Source: a virus (lineage: Duplodnaviria; Caudoviricetes). Taken from it: a DNA stretch of 34,937 bases. A program made the translations under genes and the position numbers. The stretch spans positions 1-34,937 of the IMG/VR virus record IMGVR_UViG_3300020413_001600, one strand, 5' to 3'. The notes under the pieces are model-generated. The model did not search any database. It was not told the DNA's origin and saw only the letters and a program-made list of their open reading frames with translations. This document shows, one piece after another, positions 25,331 through 34,670 of this stretch (its first letter is position 1; every line of letters starts with the position of its first letter).

Positions 25331-26434
25331 ATGCCAAGAGCAAAAAACAAAGAAGCCGCAGTAGGCTCACAAAACAGAACAGTTTCACCCAACGAGGCGA
25401 AATCCGCACTGACACATTGTATCAAATTACAAAGACCAATAATGATGTGGGGTGCACCAGGTATTGGTAAATCCGATATTGTAAAACAAATTGCAGATGC
25501 AGAAGGCAGAGAAGTCATTGATATTAGACTTCCTTTGTGGGAACCAACAGATATCAAAGGTATTCCGTATTACAACTCAAAAGAAAACAACATGGTTTGG
25601 GCTAGTCCGGCAGAATTGCCAACTGATCCAAAGTCTAATGCTATTGTGTTCTTAGACGAATTGAATTCGGCGGCGCCGGCAGTACAGGCGGCGGCATACC
25701 AACTTATCCTAAACAGAAGAGTAGGGCAGTACCACCTACCAGAAGGCGTTTCAATTGTAGCGGCAGGTAATAGAGATAGTGATAAAGGTGTCACTTACAG
25801 AATGCCGGCTCCGTTGGCAAACAGATTTGTCCACATTGAATTGAGAGTGGACTTCGAAGACTGGATGGAATGGGCAACCAACCAACACATCCATGCAGAC
25901 GTTGTAGGTTATTGCACATTTGCAAAACAAGATTTATATGATTTTGATCCTAGAGGTAGCTCTAGATCATTCGCAACTCCAAGATCTTGGAGTTTCGTTT
26001 CCCAACTTCTATCAGATGACCTGCCAGAAAGTACGCTCACTGACCTCGTTGCAGGTTGCGTAGGAGAAGGCCTGGCCGTTAAGTTTATGAATCATCGTAA
26101 AATTAGCGGTCAGTTACCTAACCCATCTGATATATTGAGCGGTAAGGTTAAAGACCTTAAGAGTAAGGAGATATCAGCGATGTACTCTCTTACAGTTTCT
26201 TTGTGCTATGAACTACAACAGGCACACGAGAAGAAAGACAAGACTTGGAATGAACAAGCGGACAGGTTCTTTAACTACATGATGGACAACTTCGAAACAG
26301 AGCTGGTTGTTATGGGTGCAAAGATTGCCTTAACAAACTACAAACTTCCGTTCGATCCTAGCAAGTTAAAATCATTTGATAGGTTCCATAAGAAGTTTGG
26401 CAAGTACGTCATAACTGCTATGGAGTCTAAATAG
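25331..26434 (+). CDS. MoxR-like AAA+ ATPase
   Basis: Walker A GAPGIGKS, Walker B FLDELN, AAGNR, LANRF, TPRSW. Confidence 0.92.
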   Translation: MPRAKNKEAAVGSQNRTVSPNEAKSALTHCIKLQRPIMMWGAPGIGKSDIVKQIADAEGREVIDIRLPLWEPTDIKGIPYYNSKENNMVWASPAELPTDPKSNAIVFLDELNSAAPAVQAAAYQLILNRRVGQYHLPEGVSIVAAGNRDSDKGVTYRMPAPLANRFVHIELRVDFEDWMEWATNQHIHADVVGYCTFAKQDLYDFDPRGSSRSFATPRSWSFVSQLLSDDLPESTLTDLVAGCVGEGLAVKFMNHRKISGQLPNPSDILSGKVKDLKSKEISAMYSLTVSLCYELQQAHEKKDKTWNEQADRFFNYMMDNFETELVVMGAKIALTNYKLPFDPSKLKSFDRFHKKFGKYVITAMESK

Positions 26435-27672
26435 TGGATTACAAAGAACAAAAAATAATTGACAAACTAGTGACAGCAAGGATTGCCTTGTTATTGAAAC
26501 ACCCTTTCTTTGGCAACCTTGCAACTAGACTAAAACTTGTGAATGCAGACGACTGGTGTCCGACAGCAGGTACAGATGGTAGACACTTTTATTACAACAC
26601 TAAATTCATAGATTCACTTACACCCAAAGAAGCAGAGTTCTTGTTTGGTCATGAAGTGTTGCACAATGTCTTCGAACATATGCTTGTAAGGATCGGTGAT
26701 AGAGATCCACAACTTTGGAACATCGCGGCTGACTATGCCGTTAACCAGATATTGAAAGACAGCAACATTGGTGACATGCCCAAAGGCAAGAAAGGTGAGA
26801 ACAAAGGCTTCCAGGACGACAAGTACAAGGATTGGGCTTCAGAAAGAATTTATGATGACTTGTTTAAGACTGCAAAGAAAAACGGTAAGAAGTTCCTAGA
26901 GAAGATGGGAGAGCTAATGGACGATCACCAAGAGTGGGGCAAAGGTGACGGACAAGGTGAAGGCAAGGGCAAAGATAAAAAAGGCGGTAAGAGTGGTAAG
27001 CCTGTTTACACAAAAGAAGAATTAAAGAAGATCAGAGACGAAGTAAAAGAAGCAATGGTAAGTGCCGCACAATCAACAGGGGCAAGTAATTTGCCAGGTG
27101 CGTTACAAAGACTTGTCAAGGACCTTACAGAGCCTAAGATGGACTGGAGAGAAATACTTCAGCAACAGATAATGAGCACACTGAAGTCAGACTATACTTG
27201 GATGAGACCTAGTAGAAAAAGTTGGCACACATCAGCAATACTTCCAGGACAGAACAATGATGAGATGATTGATATATGTTTGGCTTTGGATGCCAGTGGT
27301 AGTATCAGTAATGATCAATGTACAGAATTTTTGACTGAGGTTAAAAACATAATGGATCAGTACAAAGATTTCAGAATACATTTATGGAGTTTTGATACCG
27401 CAGTATTCAATCCAAAAGTTTTTACTCCTGACAATGCAGATGAACTATTAGACTATAAACTAGGATCAGGTGGTGGGACAGAATTTGAATGTAATTGGGA
27501 ATACATGAAAGAGCAAGGAATAGAACCAAAAAAATTTGTAATGTTCACAGATGGTTGGCCTTTTAATTCGTGGGGAGATGAACACTACTGTGACACTATA
27601 TTTTTAATCAACAACCCATACGAGAGGGACATAGAAGCACCATGGGGACTAACGGTACAATACAATGACTAA
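26434..27672 (+). CDS. HExxH metallopeptidase-like plus VWA domain protein (DUF2201-like), MoxR partner
   Basis: TAGTDG, HEVLH, WNIAADYAVN, MIDAS motif LDASGS, SFDT, GGGT, FTDG; GTG start coupled to the ATPase stop. Confidence 0.88.
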   Translation: MDYKEQKIIDKLVTARIALLLKHPFFGNLATRLKLVNADDWCPTAGTDGRHFYYNTKFIDSLTPKEAEFLFGHEVLHNVFEHMLVRIGDRDPQLWNIAADYAVNQILKDSNIGDMPKGKKGENKGFQDDKYKDWASERIYDDLFKTAKKNGKKFLEKMGELMDDHQEWGKGDGQGEGKGKDKKGGKSGKPVYTKEELKKIRDEVKEAMVSAAQSTGASNLPGALQRLVKDLTEPKMDWREILQQQIMSTLKSDYTWMRPSRKSWHTSAILPGQNNDEMIDICLALDASGSISNDQCTEFLTEVKNIMDQYKDFRIHLWSFDTAVFNPKVFTPDNADELLDYKLGSGGGTEFECNWEYMKEQGIEPKKFVMFTDGWPFNSWGDEHYCDTIFLINNPYERDIEAPWGLTVQYND

Positions 27673-27754
27673 CGATACAAAGATTTTATATGTATCAACT
27701 ATAATATTTGTTTTAGTGATAGTTGTTTCCACCATAAGGTATTATTATGCTTAA
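27665..27754 (+). CDS. Putative 29 aa single-TM peptide
   Basis: MTNDTKILYVSTIIFVLVIVVSTIRYYYA; overlaps both neighbours. Confidence 0.4.
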   Translation: MTNDTKILYVSTIIFVLVIVVSTIRYYYA

Positions 27755-27881
27755 GAAGTGTCTAGCATATCTCATGGATGAGATAAATGATTTATATTAT
27801 AACTGGCTTGGGCATCCAATTGTGCTAGGTGTTTCAATAGTGCTTTTGTCGTTACTAATTTTTGAAATAGGGATTGGATGA
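27747..27881 (+). CDS. Putative 44 aa single-TM peptide
   Basis: MLKKCLAYLMDEINDLYYNWLGHPIVLGVSIVLLSLLIFEIGIG; ATGA overlap with the next gene. Confidence 0.45.
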   Translation: MLKKCLAYLMDEINDLYYNWLGHPIVLGVSIVLLSLLIFEIGIG

Positions 27882-28240
27882 TGGAAACTAGAGAAAAATG
27901 GTATTCAGGATCGATGATAAAAGTAAAGTGTCTGCGAAACTGGATGATAGACACTGCTACAGTATTATTTGATGATAATAATAACGACCTGAGAGCATTA
28001 CCTAAAACTGTGAGATTACAACTATTAGTGGTTTTAAGTTTTGTGTGGAGCACGGTGTTCACAGTTTACTTCTTTAGTATATCAACTATGGTTTGGGGTT
28101 GGGTAGGACTTGTAATTGGACACCTAGGTGTTATATTTGCAATGTATTACACTTTCAAACAGTTTCACAATAAAACACACACTATGAAACCTGATCCTAC
28201 AGATCCACCGTTATATGATGATGTGTGGTACGGATCATGA
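27878..28240 (+). CDS. Small membrane protein (2 TM)
   Basis: NDLRALP..VRLQLLVVLSFVWSTVF...GH..VIFA.YYTF. Confidence 0.7.
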   Translation: MMETREKWYSGSMIKVKCLRNWMIDTATVLFDDNNNDLRALPKTVRLQLLVVLSFVWSTVFTVYFFSISTMVWGWVGLVIGHLGVIFAMYYTFKQFHNKTHTMKPDPTDPPLYDDVWYGS

Positions 28241-28878
28241 AAATTTGTATAATATACGGACACTATAACACCACAGACAGTTTTAATGCGGCCATTAGAG
28301 ATACCTTTATTGCAGAAGCAGAAAAATGTGGACACGAAATTGATTTGATTAATTTGTTTGACGAGGAGGTACAATTACCATTTTACAATTCAAATATAAA
28401 TCCACCACCACAATTGGTATTGGATTATAGGAAAAGATTAGAAAACAGTGACGTCATGTTCCTAATTGGTTCATGCCACAATTTGAGGATGCCATCAATA
28501 CTAGAAAACTGGGTTGACTGGGTATTACACCCTAAATGGTTTTTCAGTTATAGAGCATTGGTTCCCGGCAGTAAATTTTTCAAGAACTATGGATATCCGG
28601 TGCCTGGTGCAATGAATGGTAAATTAGGATTGATATCAATCACATACGGTGGACCTATGGTGACTTACTTTAATTTTAGTTTATTTGATAATATCCCTTA
28701 CAGAAGAATAAAGAAGGCAGTGTTTAACTTGGGTGGCATGGTCACAAAGTATATAAGGTTTTATTCTGTGTTGCCTGGCATGGATAAAAAGGAATTTGAT
28801 GGACACATGAAAAGAGTACGTAAACTTGCAAGGAGTTTGAACCCTAATAAAAAATCTAAAATAAGTTGGTGGGCATAA
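28237..28878 (+). CDS. NAD(P)H-dependent flavodoxin-like oxidoreductase (quinone reductase-like)
   Basis: MKICIIYGH...SFNAAI, IDLINL, MPSILENWVDWV, SITYGGP. Confidence 0.8.
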   Translation: MKICIIYGHYNTTDSFNAAIRDTFIAEAEKCGHEIDLINLFDEEVQLPFYNSNINPPPQLVLDYRKRLENSDVMFLIGSCHNLRMPSILENWVDWVLHPKWFFSYRALVPGSKFFKNYGYPVPGAMNGKLGLISITYGGPMVTYFNFSLFDNIPYRRIKKAVFNLGGMVTKYIRFYSVLPGMDKKEFDGHMKRVRKLARSLNPNKKSKISWWA

Positions 28879-29066
28879 TGAGTAAGTGGGTAGTTGGTAT
28901 AATGATGCTGGTGGTAATTGCTATGTTTTGGAAAGGAGTTGAGGTCCTTGGACCAAGCAATACCAATAAGGATATTTTATATGAAGGGCCAAAAACAACT
29001 ACTGAGCAAAGGTGGCAGAAGGCTTATGATTGGCTAAAGGAGAAACGTGAAAATCAATCCAAATAA
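28878..29066 (+). CDS. Small membrane-anchored hypothetical protein
   Basis: TAATG coupling; N-terminal hydrophobic helix. Confidence 0.6.
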   Translation: MSKWVVGIMMLVVIAMFWKGVEVLGPSNTNKDILYEGPKTTTEQRWQKAYDWLKEKRENQSK

Positions 29067-29313
29067 TTTTTTCAAAAGAGAACTTGACATTTTACCACCA
29101 CACTTTGTAAACACAGTGGTAAAGGCACATGAATCGGACATAGAACATATGAGAAAATGGATCTATGAAAACTGTCATGGTAGATATTCTATTACCAAAG
29201 ATGTAGTATATGAAGGTGACCAATCAAGATCAATCACAGTGATTGGTTTTGAAAATCCAGGTGACTTAACTCTTTTCGCTCTAAGTGGTAAAGCTCAGAT
29301 AAATCAAATCTAA
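29047..29313 (+). CDS. Hypothetical phage protein
   Basis: GTG start after AGGAG; WIYENCHGRY...IGFENPGDLTLFAL. Confidence 0.7.
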   Translation: MKINPNNFFKRELDILPPHFVNTVVKAHESDIEHMRKWIYENCHGRYSITKDVVYEGDQSRSITVIGFENPGDLTLFALSGKAQINQI

Positions 29314-29316
29314 TCG

Positions 29317-29345
29317 TTGCACTCCATAATTAATTTTAGTATAAT
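29317..29345 (+). promoter_or_regulatory. Sigma70 promoter
   Basis: TTGCAC, 17 nt, TATAAT (29340-29345); AGGAG RBS before ATG 29386. Confidence 0.75.
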
Positions 29346-29385
29346 ATACGTATATTAATACCAATTGCAATTAGGAGAAAATTAA

Positions 29386-29667
29386 ATGGCAAAAGAAGAA
29401 ACAAAAAAGACGGAAACTGTTGAAGCACCAAAGACGGCGACGGCCCAATCTACTGCTCCAGCACAACCTGATCCGATGGCACTATCGATTGGCGACTTGA
29501 AAGGGTTAGCATCAATAATCGACGTGGCATCAACAAGAGGTGCTTTCAAAGCCGCCGAAATGGCAGGTGTAGGAACACTGTTCAATAAACTTAATGCATT
29601 CCTAGTGAATGTAGAAAAAGGCCAACAAGCAGGTACTGACGCAAAGGCACCAGTGGAAGGAAAATAA
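29386..29667 (+). CDS. Hypothetical phage protein
   Basis: LSIGDL...IIDVASTRGAFKAAEM..VG.LFNKL..FL. Confidence 0.8.
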   Translation: MAKEETKKTETVEAPKTATAQSTAPAQPDPMALSIGDLKGLASIIDVASTRGAFKAAEMAGVGTLFNKLNAFLVNVEKGQQAGTDAKAPVEGK

Positions 29668-29668
29668 A

Positions 29669-30208
29669 ATGGCAACACTAATGAACGTAAACAATCAAGC
29701 CATGCCGATGGGTGACAACACCGGAGCGGCAGGCGATGGCCAGACAGGTCCAAAAAGACACTTCAAACATATTGGAGAGTTAGCGGACGAGTCTAAAGCC
29801 AAGGTGGTTATCATGTACAGAACCGTACCAGGTGAACCGAACAACTGTTTGGTTGTTGGTACCAAGTTCTTACCTGACGTGTACCACAATGCATTGATGA
29901 GAGCAATAGAATCAGAAGGCGGGCAAGAGGCAGAAGAGTTTGCAGACTTTGCCGGTCGACAAACATTTCCAGACGGAACAAATATGTTGGCAATCTTGCA
30001 TAACGACAATTATATCAAAAAGTTTAAAACTAATGAAATAATGGTCACATACGGTTCGGGTCCAGATGGCAAAATCTTGTTAAACAAACTGAACGAGATG
30101 ATAGCTAAAGAGAAAGGCGTAAAGGTTGGGGATCTTTCACAGAAGGATACTACAACTGAAACACCTGCCAAGAAAGCTGATGCCAAGAAAACACCCGCAA
30201 AGAAATAA
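29669..30208 (+). CDS. Hypothetical phage protein
   Basis: 179 aa; KHIG...YRTVPGEPNNCLV; Lys/Ala-rich tail. Confidence 0.8.
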   Translation: MATLMNVNNQAMPMGDNTGAAGDGQTGPKRHFKHIGELADESKAKVVIMYRTVPGEPNNCLVVGTKFLPDVYHNALMRAIESEGGQEAEEFADFAGRQTFPDGTNMLAILHNDNYIKKFKTNEIMVTYGSGPDGKILLNKLNEMIAKEKGVKVGDLSQKDTTTETPAKKADAKKTPAKK

Positions 30209-30524
30209 AACATGGGTACAGCTCACGAAGGATTTCGTTGAGGAATGGCCGGAGGTTTTAGAAGGTCTACACTTTCAGAACATGCCGGTCAAGTACCTCC
30301 TTTACATAGACATCCATTTAAAAAATAATATCAGAATACACTACGACATAGCAAAAGAACTAAAGGTAAAGAAACAAGACACTATCGCTAGATTCCTAAG
30401 ACAGACTTTAGAAGCTAATTATAGAAAAATAAAAAATGTAAGTTTAAAGTTTGATGTTCCTGCTTTGAAAAAAGATATGCAGTTTAAGACGTCAAATGTC
30501 CTATCTAAAAGTTTTAAAAAGTAA
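30180..30524 (+). CDS. Hypothetical protein
   Basis: FVEEWPEVL...MPVKYL; last + strand gene, overlapping the convergent gene by 24 nt. Confidence 0.65.
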   Translation: MPRKHPQRNKTWVQLTKDFVEEWPEVLEGLHFQNMPVKYLLYIDIHLKNNIRIHYDIAKELKVKKQDTIARFLRQTLEANYRKIKNVSLKFDVPALKKDMQFKTSNVLSKSFKK

Positions 30525-31376
30525 ATCTAAATTTTTTGCAACTTCGATAGCATTATCTACATTTGAAATTGGTTCTCTTTTGGTCTTAATACACTCTACA
30601 AATTCCTGCAATTCGTTACGCAAAGGATTGGATTCAACTGCAAATGTTTCAATCCTTGGTTCATAGTTCATTCTATCATTCTGCCAAATGTCTGTTGTAA
30701 GTTTTATGGTCCTTGCTTCTTCATCCCAAAATATTAATCCTTTTTCTCCAGTGATGCACATCGTTCTAATTTTTTCTGGATAGTACCAACTAAGATTAAA
30801 TTTCACAGAAACATCGTTGCAGATAAAACTGTATTCGTCTCTGTCATTTTGTGTGTTATTGGTAAAGTTATCTACAATACAAATAATGTTTTTGAATTCA
30901 TGATATCCCAATAGATAGTGTATGATGCTTACATCATGTGGAGCAAGGCTATGCAGTGTGCCAATTTTTTTTTGATAACGGCCCCAGTTCAATCTATTAG
31001 ATTCTATGTGCAGTACTTTGCCAATCTGTGGCAGTAACTCTTTAATTTTTTTTACTCTGTCGTTATATAAAAAAATGTGGCCAACCATGAGGGTTTGATT
31101 ATCTTTTATCTTACTTTTGATATCCAAACACTCTTCTTTTGTTAATGCTAATGGTTTTTCCACATACAAGTTTTTACCTTGCTCTAACAATTCTATTGTT
31201 TGTTTGTAATGATCCCAAGCAGGTGTGGCCAAAATAACATTGTTGTATTTGATGTCTTTCAATGTCTTGCCATCTTTGATATCTATTATTTCTACCGCAT
31301 CAACATTGGGAATGGTTTCAAGTTCCTTTTGTAATTTAGAGCCCCAATATCCTGCACCCACTAGACTAATTTGCAT
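30501..31376 (-). CDS. Gfo/Idh/MocA-family oxidoreductase (sugar dehydrogenase)
   Basis: LVGAGYWG, LATPAWDH, VEKPLA, MVGHIFLYN, LAPHDVS. Confidence 0.9.
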   Translation of the reverse strand: MQISLVGAGYWGSKLQKELETIPNVDAVEIIDIKDGKTLKDIKYNNVILATPAWDHYKQTIELLEQGKNLYVEKPLALTKEECLDIKSKIKDNQTLMVGHIFLYNDRVKKIKELLPQIGKVLHIESNRLNWGRYQKKIGTLHSLAPHDVSIIHYLLGYHEFKNIICIVDNFTNNTQNDRDEYSFICNDVSVKFNLSWYYPEKIRTMCITGEKGLIFWDEEARTIKLTTDIWQNDRMNYEPRIETFAVESNPLRNELQEFVECIKTKREPISNVDNAIEVAKNLDLLFKTFR

Positions 31377-32460
31377 AAAATTCCCTTATTGCTTTTATTA
31401 TATAATCTTGATGATGTTCTGGAAGAGTATGGTAGCAAGGTAAACTTAAAATGTTATCGCAAATATATTCTGTTCTTGGTAAAACTGTTCCATTGTCGAA
31501 GGCAGTGGTTTTGTGCGTTGGAAATTTGTAGTGTATGTTAGTCTGTATTCCTTTTTGTTTTAAAAAAGATTCCAATTTATCACGTGTGCCTTCAGGCGTT
31601 TCAATTACATAAACATAATAAGAATGTTTTGACCAAGGTGCTTCCTTTGGACATTTCACAATGTCATTAAGTTCTTTAGTGTATTTCCTACACACAGACC
31701 TTTTCTTGTCCAACCAACTATCTATCTTAGAAAGTTTGGCTTTAACAATCACTGCCTGTAAGTTGTCAATTCTTGCGTTGTAACCTACCTTGTCGTACTC
31801 GAACTTTGTTTTCCTTCCATGATCCCTATACATTTTAACTTTACCGATCAATTCTTTGCTACCTGTGACTGCACCTGCATCTCCCATGGCGCCTAAATTT
31901 TTTACAGGATTGAAACTGAAACAAGTCAAGTCAACGAGACTGCCGACCTTCTTTCCTTTGTATTCGGAACCAAAACTCTGTGCCGCATCTTCTATTACTT
32001 TCAAATTAAATTTTTTTGCGAACTCATTTATCTTGTCAATATCAGGAGTTTGACCATAAAGATCAACAAACATGATGGCCTTTAATGTGTCGGTAAGTTG
32101 TAGTTTATTAACGTCCAGATGATAGAAATCATCTATGTCAACAAAGACAGGTGACGCACCAACATTTACAATTGATTCTGTTGTTGAAACGAAAGTGTGA
32201 CCCACCGTCATTACCTGATGTCCAGGTCCGATGCCTAGAGCCCTCAAGGCGCAAGTCAGTGCATTAGTGCCTGATCCAATACTAGCACAATCCTCCGCGC
32301 CTGTGTAATCACAGATTGCTCTTTCAAAATTGTCCACAGTTGGTCCTGTTATAAAATCTGACCTAAGGATTATATCCTTTATTGCCATGTCTATCTCTGT
32401 TTGCAGTTCCTCGTATTGAGGATAAAGATCAACAAACGGTATTTTGATATCGTTGCTCAT
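31366..32460 (-). CDS. DegT/DnrJ/EryC1/StrS PLP-dependent sugar aminotransferase
   Basis: IPFVDL, SGTNAL, IEDAAQSFG, FSFNPVKNLGAMGDAG, GYNARIDNLQA, LSLP. Confidence 0.93.
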   Translation of the reverse strand: MSNDIKIPFVDLYPQYEELQTEIDMAIKDIILRSDFITGPTVDNFERAICDYTGAEDCASIGSGTNALTCALRALGIGPGHQVMTVGHTFVSTTESIVNVGASPVFVDIDDFYHLDVNKLQLTDTLKAIMFVDLYGQTPDIDKINEFAKKFNLKVIEDAAQSFGSEYKGKKVGSLVDLTCFSFNPVKNLGAMGDAGAVTGSKELIGKVKMYRDHGRKTKFEYDKVGYNARIDNLQAVIVKAKLSKIDSWLDKKRSVCRKYTKELNDIVKCPKEAPWSKHSYYVYVIETPEGTRDKLESFLKQKGIQTNIHYKFPTHKTTAFDNGTVLPRTEYICDNILSLPCYHTLPEHHQDYIIKAIREFYAN

Positions 32461-33745
32461 AATTTTGTTTTAGCCATTCGAAGTTGTAGGAATTCATAAG
32501 TTGTTGATAATTGTCTTTGTTTTCATCATAGAACTTTTTTGCATCTGTGGCACCTTTATGTACCCAATCTGCATTGTTTCCTGAACCCATCGTGAGCCAT
32601 TTTTTTAACCTATATTTTCCTTCTACTGTTGGTTTTGCCTGTAATAATTTTATGACTTCTCTAAATGCTGTTCTCCATGCCAACCACGGTGTTTGATTAA
32701 AATGGTTTATGGCACTGAGTATTGGGACCACTTCGTGAGGTGCTGATAGGGTAAAGTCTAGACCAGGATTTGTAGTTTTCATTACAAGACCTTTGTTGTA
32801 TAACAACACTGCTCCATGACCATACTCCAGTCCATTCACAGGATTCTTGCAGTGAAATATGTAGTGGCAAGGATTTTTCAGCCTATCTGGTTGAAAATCA
32901 AATTTAAAACTGTCCACTATTTCTAATTTCGGAAACACTGCGAAGAAGTAATCTGTTTCACTCATCGACGCCGCGGCCATGTAAGCAAGTGTTTGTCCTA
33001 TTATGTTTTTTGCCCATTTGACCCTAGGAAAACGTTTTTTCAATTCCTTGTATCTTTTTTCTGCACTTGGTTCATCATAAGATATAAAAATTATATCCAT
33101 AGGTTTAGATTCATATTCTAAGTCATAATGCACTATTCTCTCTATGTCATAGAATTGTTTGATGTCCTCTTTGTGTGGTACCAACATTATGTCGTTTGTT
33201 TTACCCCAAGTGTAAAGTTTAACATCCTCCCAAAAACTTGGAAAAAAGTTTGGTATTGTTTTCGGATCTAAGTCTTTGTTGTGTAACCATGTGTAATAAT
33301 TAGGATTATTTTTCAAATATTCATAAGGGTCTTTCAGTTTGAAACTTGTCTTTGGTATCCAGTTTTGGAATAGGTTACTGTGTGCATGATAATTTATATC
33401 CTTAAAATCTCGTAAAAATTTTAAATTGTGTATTTGTTTTTTAAGTTCTTTAGTTGGTATTAAAAAAACATTGCCTTCTTTATTTGTCCCACCTAGTGGG
33501 TGTGTGTTGTACCAGACATGTATCTGTTTCTGTTCATGTTGTTCAGGAATATAATCTAAATCAACAGTTTTTAGATTCATAAAATTTGCAAAAAACCAGA
33601 AGTACTCTGTTTTGACATCATCTATTATAGACTTCAACACAGTAAGATAACTGTCCACGAATGGCACCACTCTTGTGTCTGCAAATGGTGAAGCAATGTG
33701 CTTTGTGTGTTTAAATTTAACTTGAATACTGTCGAAGCCAGTCAT
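32429..33745 (-). CDS. Phage glycosyltransferase-like protein (GT-A-like C-terminal domain)
   Basis: MDIIFISYDEPSA...NPVNGLEYGHG...AWRTAFRE..KL; lies within a sugar operon. Confidence 0.55.
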   Translation of the reverse strand: MTGFDSIQVKFKHTKHIASPFADTRVVPFVDSYLTVLKSIIDDVKTEYFWFFANFMNLKTVDLDYIPEQHEQKQIHVWYNTHPLGGTNKEGNVFLIPTKELKKQIHNLKFLRDFKDINYHAHSNLFQNWIPKTSFKLKDPYEYLKNNPNYYTWLHNKDLDPKTIPNFFPSFWEDVKLYTWGKTNDIMLVPHKEDIKQFYDIERIVHYDLEYESKPMDIIFISYDEPSAEKRYKELKKRFPRVKWAKNIIGQTLAYMAAASMSETDYFFAVFPKLEIVDSFKFDFQPDRLKNPCHYIFHCKNPVNGLEYGHGAVLLYNKGLVMKTTNPGLDFTLSAPHEVVPILSAINHFNQTPWLAWRTAFREVIKLLQAKPTVEGKYRLKKWLTMGSGNNADWVHKGATDAKKFYDENKDNYQQLMNSYNFEWLKQNYEQRYQNTVC

Positions 33746-34670
33746 AATAACTTTTTAATCCTTGTTCTAATGTAAATTCTGGTTCATAACCTAGTAAGTC
33801 CTTTGCCCGACTTATATTAAGTGTGCCACGCATTGGATACAATTTGTGATTGCCTATATCTTCTATTTCCGATTCACTACCTGTAATTTTTATAATTGTT
33901 TCTGCAAGTGTTCTTAAACTTGTGGCGTTGCCTGCCGTTATATTAAAACTTACATTTGATACAGATGATAGTGCAGACATAATAATTCCTCGTGCGGCAT
34001 CTTGTCTATATGTAAAGTCAACTTTGTTTGCTCCATTATGTAATGTAATTGTTTCGTTCTTCATTGCTTTCTCAAAAAATTTAGATACTACTCTATCAGG
34101 CATATCACCCGGTCCATATACACCGCTGGGTCTTATAATACTATAATTTAGATTGTCTCTTTTAGCAAAAAGTTTCACCATACGTTCACCTGTTAATTTT
34201 GCTTCTCCGTAAATATTTTTTGGCTTGGTATTAGCATCTTCTTTGGTTCCGTCTACAAAATCGCCGTACACCATACTACTGCTGATGTATACAAATTTTT
34301 TAACACTCCATTTAGAAGAGTGCCAAAGCAAATTAGTTGTAGTATTGATAACCTTTGGTATTCCTAAAATAGGATCTTCATCTACAATTTTTGCTCTTGG
34401 ATATGTTGCCAAATGAATCACAATATCTGGATTATGTGAAAATGCTTTTAAACAAATAAGCCTGTTAAGTATATCGCCTGATATCACTTGCACATTTTCT
34501 GCTACCCAATTTCTTGTACGCCATTGGAATAATTTTTCTAATTCCTGCTTGGTCATAATACCATATGTGTCGTTGTTATCAACCACTGTAACCGTATGTC
34601 CATCTTTGGTTAACATTTCAACTATTTTTGAACCAATAAATCCTTTTCCGCCTGTAACCAATATTTTCAT
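33717..34670 (-). CDS. NAD-dependent nucleotide-sugar epimerase/dehydratase (extended SDR)
   Basis: ILVTGGKGFIGS, ISSSMVYG, YGEAK, RPSGVYGPGD. Confidence 0.92.
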   Translation of the reverse strand: MKILVTGGKGFIGSKIVEMLTKDGHTVTVVDNNDTYGIMTKQELEKLFQWRTRNWVAENVQVISGDILNRLICLKAFSHNPDIVIHLATYPRAKIVDEDPILGIPKVINTTTNLLWHSSKWSVKKFVYISSSMVYGDFVDGTKEDANTKPKNIYGEAKLTGERMVKLFAKRDNLNYSIIRPSGVYGPGDMPDRVVSKFFEKAMKNETITLHNGANKVDFTYRQDAARGIIMSALSSVSNVSFNITAGNATSLRTLAETIIKITGSESEIEDIGNHKLYPMRGTLNISRAKDLLGYEPEFTLEQGLKSYYDWLRQYSS

